64,000 nt of DNA from Candidatus Heimdallarchaeota archaeon (lineage in GTDB: Archaea; Asgardarchaeota; Heimdallarchaeia; Hodarchaeales; Hodarchaeaceae). Below the pieces are notes generated by a model. That model had not been told where the DNA came from. It saw only the letters and a program-made list of their open reading frames with translations, and searched no databases. The stretch lies in NCBI GenBank assembly GCA_020353515.1, contig CP070695.1:948127-1012126 (forward strand), in the 5' to 3' direction. Position numbers and translations under genes: made by a program. How positions within the stretch are numbered: the stretch's first letter is position 1; each line of letters opens with the position of its first letter. Positions 38,427-49,472 of this stretch are shown piece by piece.

Positions 38427-39614
38427 TTAATCTTTTTTCTTATTATCACTAGAACTTCGACGAAATGATTCTAAAATAATCTGGACTTCTTTTATGTATT
38501 GTTCTTTTTTTATTAGAATGTCAGAAAGCTCTTCCAACTCTGCTTTTAAAAAAATTAATTCCACTAAATTTTCGCTTGTATTTATCCCTGTTGCACGAAT
38601 CCATTGCTTCAGTTTTTTGAATTCTGGAAATTGAGGAAAATTTAACCATGATCGAAAAATATGCAGCAGTTTTTTCTGTTCTCTATCGGTTATCTTTAGA
38701 TCCAGACATACTGAAAGCCAATTCTCTTCTGAATACTCAATATTATCTGATAAAAAGAGTAATAATCCAAATAATTTTACCCAGACATCCCGAGAAGGGA
38801 TCTTTGAAAATTTTTTCAATATTTTCTCTGATTTAACACTATCAACATTTGATTTTGACAAAGGAAAATTAGGAAACAAAGCAGATAATACTTTAGCATC
38901 CCATAATAAGCGCAGACCCTTGGTAGGGTCTGGTAATAATAGTAACTTAAAGAACTCTTTCTGAAGCATAGTATAGCTAAAAAATCTCGCTTTTTTCCCA
39001 ATTGAAAGTGTAGCAGCTAATAAATTGGGATGGATCTTTAACTCAAATTGAGATACAAATCGTGCAAGTCGAATAATACGTGTCCCATCTTCTGATATAC
39101 GTGTATAAGCATCTCCTATTGTCTGTATGATTCCCTGCTTGAGATCTCTAAAACCATCATGCTTGTCGATAAATCGTCGATTTCTAGGATCATAAGCAAT
39201 AGCGTTGAAACTGAAATCACGCCGAGGTAAATCTTCTTCCAATGAATCTACAAAAACGATTTCTGGAGGACCAGATGAAGAATAAATCTCACGTCGGAAG
39301 GTACTTATATCAAAAACTGCATTTTTGTCAACAATTGCTAAAATCGTGCCGAATTCGCCCCCTATAGGCCTCGTTTTTATCCCCTTGGCGTTGAGAAATT
39401 TTTCAACTTCTTCAGGGCGAGCATCGGTTATAATATCGAAATCTATTGTTGGAGACCCAAGTAAACAATCACGGATTGCTCCTCCCACGATGTACACTTC
39501 TTTATGTTGTGCCCATAAGATTTCAAAGACAAGTCGAAGTTCTGTAGGTATGGAATTACTAAGAATAGAAGTGTAATCGCTTAACTTTCTCATGGGTTCG
39601 GGGTTTTTCGACAT
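38427..39614 (-). CDS. cca: class II CCA-adding enzyme / poly(A) polymerase family nucleotidyltransferase
   Basis: VGGAIRD..LG..DFD, FGT, TFRRE, DL.RRDF..NA, EDGTR..R..RF. Confidence 0.85.
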   Translation of the reverse strand: MSKNPEPMRKLSDYTSILSNSIPTELRLVFEILWAQHKEVYIVGGAIRDCLLGSPTIDFDIITDARPEEVEKFLNAKGIKTRPIGGEFGTILAIVDKNAVFDISTFRREIYSSSGPPEIVFVDSLEEDLPRRDFSFNAIAYDPRNRRFIDKHDGFRDLKQGIIQTIGDAYTRISEDGTRIIRLARFVSQFELKIHPNLLAATLSIGKKARFFSYTMLQKEFFKLLLLPDPTKGLRLLWDAKVLSALFPNFPLSKSNVDSVKSEKILKKFSKIPSRDVWVKLFGLLLFLSDNIEYSEENWLSVCLDLKITDREQKKLLHIFRSWLNFPQFPEFKKLKQWIRATGINTSENLVELIFLKAELEELSDILIKKEQYIKEVQIILESFRRSSSDNKKKD

Positions 39615-39637
39615 GATAATATCACAAAGTAGGCTAT

Positions 39638-40189
39638 TTAGATTTCATGATACGTGGGTAACGAAATATAAATCGAAGGATAAAAGTCAGCTAAAGAATT
39701 CCTTAAGGAAATTCTTTGATCTTTTGCCTGATTAAGAGTTTTATAGATTCCTAATTGCAAAAGCTTTCGTCCTTCTAAATATAATTTAAAGAAGTTTAAT
39801 TTCGAATCTCTAACAATAATTAACTGTAAGTCCTCATTGGGAATGATTCCACTAGTATTAATGAATGGGGAGCGAAAAAGAAGTTTGCGACCTGAATATA
39901 TTTGATCGACTGTTAATATCATTATTGGTTGTTCATAAAGAGCATTAATAAAACTATAAACTCCGTAAATCCAACCAATTAAGGATGCAACAAAAATGGT
40001 GATTTCGAGAATTGAACCATAGAACATTGATTGACCTAATGAGATTATTAAAAGAATTAATAGCACACTAGAAAAACTTAATATCCCTGTCGAATAGATT
40101 AATCTTCTTAAACAAGGAGTCTCTCTTGGTAAAACGATTACTACTTTCTTTTCACGAATATTACGTAAGCGAAAAGCGATAATATTCAC
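39638..40189 (-). CDS. hypothetical 2-TM membrane protein
   Basis: Two TM segments then a beta-rich domain. Confidence 0.6.
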   Translation of the reverse strand: MNIIAFRLRNIREKKVVIVLPRETPCLRRLIYSTGILSFSSVLLILLIISLGQSMFYGSILEITIFVASLIGWIYGVYSFINALYEQPIMILTVDQIYSGRKLLFRSPFINTSGIIPNEDLQLIIVRDSKLNFFKLYLEGRKLLQLGIYKTLNQAKDQRISLRNSLADFYPSIYISLPTYHEI

Positions 40190-40197
40190 CTATCCAT

Positions 40198-40731
40198 CTA
40201 AAAACAAGTACAATATAAAGAATATAATGCTATCAATGTTTTTCCATCTTTAATTATTCCCTGATTGATATATGAACGGATTTCATCAAATGAAAGGATT
40301 ATTACTTTTGAGATCTCATCTGAGGAGATTGGGTTTCCAGTTTGTGAAATAATCCCAGTCCCTTTGTAAATGTACAGTACCTCAGATGAATATCCAATAG
40401 CGGGAACATATTTCAGAATGAATTCAAGGTTATTAACTTTGAACCCTGTTTCTTCGATGAACTCTCGTCGAATACACTCTTCAGGATCTTCCCCTGAATT
40501 GATTTTTCCTGCTGGTATTTCGAGAGTTTCTTCGTGAACTGAGTATCGAAACTGTTTAACAAAAATTATCCGTCCATCTTCTAAGAGAGGTACTAAAGCA
40601 GCTGCATCAGGATGTTCCACCCGAATACGTTCTGTTACTCTCCCCGACGGAAGTTCCACCTCATCAAGATTGACTGAAAAGGAACGTGCAGAAATTGTGG
40701 CAACAGTTCTTAATTTTCGCTCATTAATCAT
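40198..40731 (-). CDS. Nudix hydrolase, ADP-ribose pyrophosphatase-like
   Basis: QFRY, LEIPAG, Nudix box GKINSGEDPEECIRREFIEETG, DGKT. Confidence 0.9.
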   Translation of the reverse strand: MINERKLRTVATISARSFSVNLDEVELPSGRVTERIRVEHPDAAALVPLLEDGRIIFVKQFRYSVHEETLEIPAGKINSGEDPEECIRREFIEETGFKVNNLEFILKYVPAIGYSSEVLYIYKGTGIISQTGNPISSDEISKVIILSFDEIRSYINQGIIKDGKTLIALYSLYCTCF

Positions 40732-41068
40732 CGTGTTTCACTGAATTAGCAATAATTTGTTTGCTAACATAAATTATTTCTTCCAACAAAGTATTAAAAC
40801 TTTTCCTTTCACTTTCAACACTTTCAGGGACCCCTTAATAAACTATATAAGGCAGAAAATGGAGAGAACCTTTGTGAGGACGATCATGACGAAAAGACAG
40901 ATACTGATGGTGGGATAATGCATACATCGATACCAATGTCTTCAAGTCTACACGAGTTATTATCGAACAAATACTTTAAGTGATAAATAACAATCTCTAA
41001 AGTTAGTGAACGGATAATGACATAATAAAATGAAAATTTAAAGCGAGAACAGCCAAACATCAGAGTCA

Positions 41069-41425
41069 TTGCAGTTTATTTGGATGGTCAGTGGAATACT
41101 AGCAAGTGGTTTCGGAGTAATTAACTTCTTTGCAATGGCGATAATGTCAACAGGTGGGGAAGCTTATAGACAGACAGCTGAAATAGCTGCATTCTCAGGT
41201 ATTTTCTGGCTATCTTTTGGAGTGGTAGCTGTCCTTGTTGGATTCGGTCTATTGAAATTAAAATATTATGCTTGGGTAGTCTTTGAAATTCAAACAGGTT
41301 TAGCAGCGTTGATTTTCTTATTTTATATCTTTTCAGGAGGATTATTCCTTGTGGCATCACTTGGATGCTTATTCTTAATGGTTGTTGCATTTACTCTTCG
41401 AGATCAATTTAGAACACGAAACTAA
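41069..41425 (+). CDS. small membrane protein, start uncertain
   Basis: Hydrophobic; GFGLLKLKYYAW motif. Confidence 0.55.
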   Translation: MQFIWMVSGILASGFGVINFFAMAIMSTGGEAYRQTAEIAAFSGIFWLSFGVVAVLVGFGLLKLKYYAWVVFEIQTGLAALIFLFYIFSGGLFLVASLGCLFLMVVAFTLRDQFRTRN

Positions 41426-42933
41426 TATTGTTTGCCAACATAGACATAGCAAGAGGCTGGTTTTCCACAGATAAAACATTTTTCACCTTTCTTAGAGATA
41501 ACACCTGCGTCTATCTCGCGCATGTCTCTTCCTCTAACTGTCGCTGCCAATTGGTCCTTTATTTCCACCGCACAGGCTTCACCGTCAAGATCAATTGAAC
41601 ACCACGGAATTTTACACATTTTCTTGTCATTAATTCTTTCTTCTAGCTCATCCAAAGTATTAGCATCTGAAATACTTTCATCAAATTTTGTTTGAGCTTT
41701 ATTCCGAATATTCTCAGTAATAGCTTTTCCAATATCCGCCACAATGCTAACTAATTTATCAAACGAGACAATTATTCTTTCTCTAGTATCTCGGCGGAAG
41801 ATTGTAATGTCTTTTTTCTTGAACTCTTTATTACCTATTTCAAAACGTAGTGGCACCCCTTTCATTTCCCAGAAGTAATATTTGTCTCCAGGCCTGCTAT
41901 CACTCATATCTATCTTTACTCGATAATCCTTTTTTCTCAAAACATCTGCGATCTCAATACAATATTCTTCCAGGTGTCTAATATCCTCTTTTTTGGGAAT
42001 GGGGACAATAACAATCTGCTTCGGAGCAACATCAAATGGGAAAATCAACCCATTGTTATCTCCATGAACTGCTATCATGCCACCAAATATTCGAGATATT
42101 GCTGGACCATAACACGTTTGATAGGCTATTTTTTCCTCACCATTTTGGTCAGTATAAGTAATATTAAATGCTTTCGCAAAATTAGATCCTAGAAGATGAG
42201 TGGAAGGCAATTGCAGAAATTTACCATCAGGCATTAAGGTATCAGCAGCATAGGTATGAACTGCTCCAGCGAATTTGTCCCATTCTGGCCGTTGGAAGTA
42301 GATAATCGGGATTCCAAAAATATCTGTCATCACATTGTATGCTATTTGCATATCTTCTCGAGTTTGCGCTATTGCTTCTTCCATCGTCTGGAACACGTTA
42401 TGAGACTCAATCCACCAAAATTCACGTGATCTTAGGAAGGGCCTTGTTGATTTCCCTTCATAACGAAAAACACTTCCGCTTTGATATAGCTTTAGTGGTA
42501 GATCTCTCCAACTTCTTATCCACAGGGAGTATAATGGATACATTGCTGTTTCTGACGTTGGTCTAAGAATTAATTTTTCCTCAAGTGTATCATTACCTGC
42601 TCTGTCTATCCAAAACACTTCAGGATTAAATCCTTCAACGTGATCCTTTTCAATCTGGAAATTAGACTCAGGAATCACCATTGGAAATATTGTTGGTTCG
42701 TGTCCAAATTTATCCAATTCCTTTTCATAAAAATCAAACATCCTTTTCATTGCTATAGTCGACCACTGTCTACAAACAATAAAACCCTTAACATTATACC
42801 GTATATCTGCAAGCTCAGCTCGCTTTACGATTTCAGTAAACCACTCAGAGAAATTCTCCTCTTTATCTATGTTGAATGTCTCGACTTCTGAAACAGCTGA
42901 TGTATTAGTATTCATAGATTCCTTTTTTGACAT
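41422..42933 (-). CDS. proS: proline--tRNA ligase, archaeal/eukaryotic type
   Basis: FSEWF, LRPTSET, FRYE...PFLRSREF, KFAGA, HLLG.NF, C-terminal Zn-Cys domain ending in Y. Confidence 0.96.
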   Translation of the reverse strand: MSKKESMNTNTSAVSEVETFNIDKEENFSEWFTEIVKRAELADIRYNVKGFIVCRQWSTIAMKRMFDFYEKELDKFGHEPTIFPMVIPESNFQIEKDHVEGFNPEVFWIDRAGNDTLEEKLILRPTSETAMYPLYSLWIRSWRDLPLKLYQSGSVFRYEGKSTRPFLRSREFWWIESHNVFQTMEEAIAQTREDMQIAYNVMTDIFGIPIIYFQRPEWDKFAGAVHTYAADTLMPDGKFLQLPSTHLLGSNFAKAFNITYTDQNGEEKIAYQTCYGPAISRIFGGMIAVHGDNNGLIFPFDVAPKQIVIVPIPKKEDIRHLEEYCIEIADVLRKKDYRVKIDMSDSRPGDKYYFWEMKGVPLRFEIGNKEFKKKDITIFRRDTRERIIVSFDKLVSIVADIGKAITENIRNKAQTKFDESISDANTLDELEERINDKKMCKIPWCSIDLDGEACAVEIKDQLAATVRGRDMREIDAGVISKKGEKCFICGKPASCYVYVGKQY

Positions 42934-43237
42934 TGATTATCAACCTGTGTACCTTTCATAAGTGAAAAACATTGGATTATATTTTACAAGAGATTTAGAA
43001 TTAAATAAAGAACTTTTAAGAAGAGTTTGACTGATATCTTGACAAAAGGGTAATTTAATGCATAATATTCTAGTTTTAAAGCTAAGGAAGACGATCCATC
43101 CTATTGTAACTCTCCGTCTCACCTCTTTTAAGTCTCTCTTTTAAGGTTCTCAGTATGGTTTCTCAATACAGCTCCTTTCAATGAATCTGTGAAAATAATT
43201 AATAATTCATCACTTATATTAATTTATCAGATTTACA

Positions 43238-44395
43238 ATGCCCCTTCATGAATCACTTTCGGGTGTTCGTATTCTGGACTTAACTAGCAACCTTCCTGGA
43301 CCTTTTGCGACTCAAATCTTAGGGGATTTTGGAGCTGACGTCATTAAAGTAGAATCACCACAAGGTGACATAGTAAGGTACTATCCGCCTTTCATTGAAA
43401 CAGAATCTGTTATTTTTCTATTACTCAATCGAAATAAACGATCTCTCTCTGTAAACCTAAAAACAAAGGAAGGATTGAAACTATTCTATGACCTAGTTAA
43501 AACAAGCGATGTTGTAATCGAGGGATTTCGTCCTGGAACCACGAAACGAATGAAAATAGATTTTAACACACTTAAATCCTTTAAACATAATCTAATATAT
43601 TGTTCACTGATTGGCTACGATTCAAAAGACACTAGATCTGGACACGATTTGAATTATGTTGGAGAATCAGGAATCCTTGATATAACTGGGCCAAAAGAAA
43701 CACCAACACCAATAGGGGTTCCTATAGCTGATATTGGGGGTGGTTCTCTACCCACAGTCATCTCAATTTTAGCAGCACTAGTGAATCGTAAAACAAAACC
43801 CCAATATCTTTGTGTGAAAATGACAGAACAATTAATACCCTGGTTAGCAGTAGTAGCTTCTACTTACTTAGCTGGATTAGGAGAACCTCAAAGAGAAGAT
43901 CATACTCTTTCAGGTTACAACCCTTTTTATCGACTATATAGAACAAAAGATGAAAATGATCGCTATGTATCATTCGCACCATTAGAAACAAAATTTTGGC
44001 ATAATTTTTGTACTGCGATTGAGCGAGAAGATCTGAAAGGAAAGCAATTTGATTTTGAAACTTGTGAAGAAGAACTCCCAAAAATCTTCGCTCAAAGAAC
44101 CCAATCGGAATGGACTAAATGGTTTGCTGACAATGACGTCCCAGGGGCGCCTATATTATCAGTAGGAGAAACTTTACGTGATAAATCACGATTGCAAAAG
44201 TTGAACCATTTAAAAGCTGGAAATGTAGATGTAATTGCTTCACCCTTCCTTGATAAGGATAAAGAAGCCATTATGCGTCCTCCCCCTCTTTTGGGCCAAC
44301 ATACCAAAGAGATTTTAGAGGAAATTGGTTATTCAGATGACCTCAACACCCTTAAGGAGCAGGGTATAATAGTTACTTCAGAAGAAGGAATTTAA
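43238..44395 (+). CDS. CaiB/BaiF family III CoA-transferase / methylacyl-CoA racemase-like
   Basis: LPGPFA...GADVIKVE, NRNKRS, EGFRPG, GHDLNY. Confidence 0.92.
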   Translation: MPLHESLSGVRILDLTSNLPGPFATQILGDFGADVIKVESPQGDIVRYYPPFIETESVIFLLLNRNKRSLSVNLKTKEGLKLFYDLVKTSDVVIEGFRPGTTKRMKIDFNTLKSFKHNLIYCSLIGYDSKDTRSGHDLNYVGESGILDITGPKETPTPIGVPIADIGGGSLPTVISILAALVNRKTKPQYLCVKMTEQLIPWLAVVASTYLAGLGEPQREDHTLSGYNPFYRLYRTKDENDRYVSFAPLETKFWHNFCTAIEREDLKGKQFDFETCEEELPKIFAQRTQSEWTKWFADNDVPGAPILSVGETLRDKSRLQKLNHLKAGNVDVIASPFLDKDKEAIMRPPPLLGQHTKEILEEIGYSDDLNTLKEQGIIVTSEEGI

Positions 44396-44415
44396 TCCAA
44401 TTTACCTTAAATCGA

Positions 44416-45330
44416 TTACATATCAATACCAGATACTAATTTCCCTTCTTTAGAAATGTAAGCATATGCCATTCGGGTAGTAGAAAAGAAATACCCTATT
44501 CTACCAAGTCTATCAACAGTAATAATGCCACCATACCCATTAATATCAGAAATTTTTTCAATCACGGCTTTCGCAGCATCTTGTGGTGGGTATCCTTGTT
44601 CAATAAGATCAGTAGCGAGTTTTGCGGCATTTAGTTTCATAAATGATTCGCCGTGACCTGTAGACGAAACTGCTGCAACTTCAGAAGCGTAACCACCACT
44701 ACCAATAATGGGACTATCTCCTAACCGTCCAACCATTTTGTAAGGAGACCCTCCAGTAGAAGTTGCAGAGGCTAAATGTCCTTTCTCATCTAATGCAACA
44801 GCCCCAACTGTGCCTGATGTGTTTGGGGAGAAAATATCCTCCCCCTTATTCCCTTTCTCCCATCTCTTCTGTTCTCTTGGTATGATCAAATCTTTTGGAT
44901 CAGTATTGATTTTCATTTTTTCCGCAAATTTATCAGCTCCCTGACCAACTAACATTATAGGTGAGTTGTCTTCCTCTAATAACATTCGTGCAAGAATGAT
45001 TGGGTTACGACAGTTAGATACCGCCCCGATAGCTCCTGCATTCAATGTATTACCATCCATTATTAAAGCATCCAACTCAACATAGCCTTCCTCATTTAAA
45101 AATGAACCTACGCCAGCATCAAAGATTGGATCTTCTTCCATGCACACCACTGCCCTTTCAACGGCATCAAGGGCACTTCCATGTTCAACAAGAATTTGAT
45201 ATCCAGCTTTTACCGCTTTAGTGACCCCATTAAGATGTCTGAGTTTCAGTGAGTCAGGAATACTCCAAGCACCCCCATGGACGATGATTACAGGTTTGAT
45301 TGATTCATGTGAAGAATGATTAGACGTCAT
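44416..45330 (-). CDS. isoaspartyl peptidase/L-asparaginase (Ntn)
   Basis: VHGGA, GTVGAVA, ATSTGG, GRLGDSP, STGHGE. Confidence 0.93.
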   Translation of the reverse strand: MTSNHSSHESIKPVIIVHGGAWSIPDSLKLRHLNGVTKAVKAGYQILVEHGSALDAVERAVVCMEEDPIFDAGVGSFLNEEGYVELDALIMDGNTLNAGAIGAVSNCRNPIILARMLLEEDNSPIMLVGQGADKFAEKMKINTDPKDLIIPREQKRWEKGNKGEDIFSPNTSGTVGAVALDEKGHLASATSTGGSPYKMVGRLGDSPIIGSGGYASEVAAVSSTGHGESFMKLNAAKLATDLIEQGYPPQDAAKAVIEKISDINGYGGIITVDRLGRIGYFFSTTRMAYAYISKEGKLVSGIDM

Positions 45331-45396
45331 TTGATCTCTAATGATAGTAATGAATGATTATTATAGAAATTACTGTTTAATTGAGTCTTTAATACT

Positions 45397-48300
45397 TCAG
45401 TGGAAAACCGTTGAGAAGAGATTTCTTTGCTTCCGGAATTGAACAAGTTGATAAACAATAAGTAGAAGGAAAAATCCTACTTCAAATCCACTTAGAACTA
45501 GAAATAGAATTGGGTCTGATGATACACTCCTCGGAGGACGATGAAATTCATCCTCTAATGGAATAGTGTTTAAAAAAAACAGAGCTTGCAAGGAGATATG
45601 CAAAAAAACAAGAAGAATGAATCCAAACTGTCCTGACGGTGCTGATTTTCTCGTCCACATAATTTGGTCTCTTAAGCCAAGATTTGGATTTGACCCCTGA
45701 AGAATAAGGAATGCCCAAATCCTTTGGAAAAGTAATGTTCCAATCAAGAATACAAATACGAGGAGTACTAACATCAAAATGAGATTTGCTATTAGAGCTA
45801 GTTCATAATTCACACCAGTTGATATCAAAGAAGAAATGAAAAAGAAAAATAAGAAAAGTAAAAGAACAAATAAATAAAAACAAATAATTATACTAACAAC
45901 TCCCAAAATAACGCTTCTGATAACATTTTTGATCATATTATTTGGCATTGCATCATTGGAAATATAATATGAGATCGGGCCTACAGTAGCAAGACCCACA
46001 AAGAATAGTAATGGATTTATTTGTAGGAAAGTAGTATCGTAAATAAAAATAATTTCTTCTTCTGGGTTAAGTAATCCAAGTAACCCATTAAGTAATTCTC
46101 GCCAAATAATGTCGGCAGGTATTAAACCTCGAATAACCATGTCAACTTCGAATATATAATTTAAAGTTACGATAGCTAGCAAAATAAGAAATGATGTTTG
46201 AATCTGAACTTTTCTTTCTCTTAGAAACGACCATAAAGATGTTTGATCTGAAAGATCCATATATTCTCGATCAAGATGAGGGGGAAGAGGAGGTGAATAG
46301 AAGGATGAAAAAGGTTTGAATGGTTTTTCGATGTATATTTTTGCCATTGGTCTTCCAGAAATTGTAGCAATGATATTTTTCTGACTTGATCTATAAGAGG
46401 GAAGGATTGTACTGACGAGCGTGACCATAAAAGAAAAAATCATCCATAATATCACCCGATCGAGAGGGAATTGGATAGAAACTGGGATACTCCGCGAAAT
46501 ATACCAAGCAAGAAGAATAGCACCTAATAATCCATCAATTAAGCCGATGATGACAGCTGAGAGACCTAACGCTGTGGATTCTGACATAAATATTCCGAAA
46601 ATACTCCTCTTATGTAACCCTAAACTACGCATAATCCCCATTTCACGCTCCATTCGTAATGTGGAGATGAGAATACAAACAAATTGAGCCATAGCAGCTA
46701 AGATTAACGATTGAACAAAAAGTACTTGAAAAATTGCGGTCTGAAACACGAGACTATCTTCTATCAATTCCTTATAGAATGTAATTGCAATAACTTCTTT
46801 TAATTCAGGGTAGGCATTTTCTAAGGATACTTGCGCATATTCTGCCTCTCCCTGAACATCACAAACGAACCATTTCGCGAGCTCAGAGCTAAAAAATTCT
46901 TGAAAACGTTCAGATGTAATATATAGATACTCTCCATTATTTAAAAAGACATTGCCTTTAATGATCGCGCTTAGAGTAATATTCGCTGTCGTGTTGGTGG
47001 AGGTACTTATCGTGATATTAGATCCCAAAGGAATCTGAGGTTGGAGACGTTGATAGAGACGATGCGAAATTAACCCATGTGTGATATTTATTGTTTTAAT
47101 CAATTCTCCTGATGTTGTGTTAAAGATCTGTTCTGTAGTTGTGTTCAATAGATTATACGTATCTACCCCCTCAAATCGGGTTTCGACAACATGTTCAGCA
47201 AAATAAGAGTACTTACTTGGATCAACTCCAAATACATACCCATTTCTCCCTTCAATCTCAGTGCGAGCTTCTTGAATGTAAGAGGATTTTTTAATGTCAT
47301 GACGCCGATCTAGTTCTTGTGTAAAATTCGTTGCAAGAGGAAAAGTATCTCGAGTTTCAGCGAACAGGTCAATATTGCCCCATTGGCTTTCAAAATAATC
47401 AGGGACGCTAGCTATAACAGCTGCGGAGGTCAATCCTGTCACAATAATGAAGGCAAGGGCTAATGCTGTAGTCAAAATTGTAAAAAGCGATTTTTGGAAC
47501 TCACGTGCTATATTCCTCATCGAAATTATTCGTGTGATGATACCAAAGTAAAATAAGAGTTTCATTCCGATTTTAGGTAAGAACACAAGAATTCCAATTT
47601 CCAGTAATACAGTTCCCACGAAAATCAAAATTACGACAAGAAAGTGAACGGAAAGAATCGAAAAATCTAAAAAACGAGTCGGACCAACAAAAAATTGTAA
47701 GAAGAAACCTGTAATAGAAAGAAGAATACCAGATACAACACTATACCTCCAATTACTCAAAATATCAGTTGATTTTGCAGTTCGCATTTTTGAGTGTATA
47801 TTTTGTACTACAGGAATGTTTAATGCCAAAAAAATTGGATAAAGTCCAGAGATTAGAGATACAATGATTCCTGAAAGAAAAGCTGCTGTAAGGGACGAAG
47901 GATGAATTGATATAACTTGAATTTCCACACCAACGTAAAAAGAGTCGATTATACCAATTAGAAATGTTGAAAAACCAATACCCCCTAAAATCCCGAAAAT
48001 ACTCCCTATTATGGCGTAAAAGAGAATTTCTAAAGCAATCAGTATAATAAGCTGACCAGAATTAATCCCTACAGCACGAAGAATCCCAAATTCCTTAGAT
48101 CGATCTTTAATTGCAATAGCAAGGACATTAGTGATAAAAAGAAATTCAACAAGAAAGGAAGCCAAAATTACTAAATTCATTGCGGTTTGGTAAGCAAGTA
48201 TTCCTTGAGCCTCAATTTCGGTTATTGCTTTCTCTATTATTACAATACTAGAGAAACCAACTAAATCTTGGATGTTTTCTTTCGCTTGCTTAATTTTGAT

Positions 48301-49188
48301 CAAATTATCAACAGAGACATCAATTTCATAACTCAAAACTAAATTTCTTTGATCTTTTGGTATGATATTATATAATACTTCAATATCAACTAAAATAAAA
48401 GAATGCAACAATTTATTTCCAAAATACGGTTCATCACTAATGATTCCCCCCACAGTAATCTCTGAAATATTCAAATTAGGATAGTCAGAAATGGGAATGG
48501 GAGTTCCGATTTCAGCATTAACAGCATCCTGAAGTTTCTCTGAAATCATTACAGTATACCCAGAAACTTCACGTTCCCCTTCGATAACTTTCAAATGGGT
48601 GAAATCAGGATGCGATTTAGGATTAATTCCATATACTAAGACTTTATCACTAACTTCTACATCTAGAAAAGCATTCGCTAAAATATAGTAAACTGGACTT
48701 GCTTTTGAGACTCCAGGCACCCTTTGAACACTCTTTGCCAAAGATTGAAGCTCATCAAGTGTAATCCATTCTTTAGGATTGACTGTAATATCTGTGAAAT
48801 TCTGATTTCGATGATCAAATATAAAATCGTCGTAGAGTGTGTCAACACTAATTACTATTCCTGTTTCAAGTGCAACTGTGAGTAAGATACCAAATATAAG
48901 AAGGAAAGAGCGATATTTGGAGCGAGTAGCATTTCGTATTGCCAAACCAAACATTAATTTCGTTTGTTCCCTACTAGCGCGAACTGTTTCTACAATGGCC
49001 TTTTTCAAAGACCATTGCCTCAATTTCACGCTCCTTGTGTGGATTTTTTTCTGAATTTCTATTTTCTGAACTTTTAAGGATGCTCTTACTCTTCGTGTAA
49101 GGACTACTTCTATTATTTCGCCTTTTAGGGCCAAAAACCTAGAGATTATTTCCCTATTACGGACTGCTTTCAAGAGAGGCTCTAGCAT
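45397..49188 (-). CDS. duplicated FtsX/MacB-type ABC permease with extra C-terminal membrane domain
   Basis: Two FtsX repeats (RSKEFGILRAVG; REMGIMRSLG), two extracytoplasmic domains, about 6 extra TM; start may be later. Confidence 0.85.
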   Translation of the reverse strand: MLEPLLKAVRNREIISRFLALKGEIIEVVLTRRVRASLKVQKIEIQKKIHTRSVKLRQWSLKKAIVETVRASREQTKLMFGLAIRNATRSKYRSFLLIFGILLTVALETGIVISVDTLYDDFIFDHRNQNFTDITVNPKEWITLDELQSLAKSVQRVPGVSKASPVYYILANAFLDVEVSDKVLVYGINPKSHPDFTHLKVIEGEREVSGYTVMISEKLQDAVNAEIGTPIPISDYPNLNISEITVGGIISDEPYFGNKLLHSFILVDIEVLYNIIPKDQRNLVLSYEIDVSVDNLIKIKQAKENIQDLVGFSSIVIIEKAITEIEAQGILAYQTAMNLVILASFLVEFLFITNVLAIAIKDRSKEFGILRAVGINSGQLIILIALEILFYAIIGSIFGILGGIGFSTFLIGIIDSFYVGVEIQVISIHPSSLTAAFLSGIIVSLISGLYPIFLALNIPVVQNIHSKMRTAKSTDILSNWRYSVVSGILLSITGFFLQFFVGPTRFLDFSILSVHFLVVILIFVGTVLLEIGILVFLPKIGMKLLFYFGIITRIISMRNIAREFQKSLFTILTTALALAFIIVTGLTSAAVIASVPDYFESQWGNIDLFAETRDTFPLATNFTQELDRRHDIKKSSYIQEARTEIEGRNGYVFGVDPSKYSYFAEHVVETRFEGVDTYNLLNTTTEQIFNTTSGELIKTINITHGLISHRLYQRLQPQIPLGSNITISTSTNTTANITLSAIIKGNVFLNNGEYLYITSERFQEFFSSELAKWFVCDVQGEAEYAQVSLENAYPELKEVIAITFYKELIEDSLVFQTAIFQVLFVQSLILAAMAQFVCILISTLRMEREMGIMRSLGLHKRSIFGIFMSESTALGLSAVIIGLIDGLLGAILLAWYISRSIPVSIQFPLDRVILWMIFSFMVTLVSTILPSYRSSQKNIIATISGRPMAKIYIEKPFKPFSSFYSPPLPPHLDREYMDLSDQTSLWSFLRERKVQIQTSFLILLAIVTLNYIFEVDMVIRGLIPADIIWRELLNGLLGLLNPEEEIIFIYDTTFLQINPLLFFVGLATVGPISYYISNDAMPNNMIKNVIRSVILGVVSIIICFYLFVLLLFLFFFFISSLISTGVNYELALIANLILMLVLLVFVFLIGTLLFQRIWAFLILQGSNPNLGLRDQIMWTRKSAPSGQFGFILLVFLHISLQALFFLNTIPLEDEFHRPPRSVSSDPILFLVLSGFEVGFFLLLIVYQLVQFRKQRNLFSTVFH

Positions 49189-49472
49189 GGAGGAGAACTC
49201 ACACCCTAGCGGTGTCTTTTTCTGAACTTAATCCTTCTGTTTTAAAAGTGTACTATAAGTGCATTTAAGACAACTAATTCACGATATTCTTCAGTTTATT
49301 TAAATTCAGATAATAAATTTTCCTACCACAACTCCGTAAAAATGAGTGTAGTCCCAAATTATTAATTATAATTGCTATTCATGCTTTTTCCTTCGATTAT
49401 TATTTTGACATCACCCTGAAAAATGCTTATCTATTCATATTATTCTCCAAATAATGGAGGAAAACATACATT

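Noticed and set aside
40850-41068. Possible pseudogene or disrupted 5' end of 41069..41425
   Set aside because: An in-frame ATG at 41030 is followed by TAA, but no recognisable homology supports a lesion
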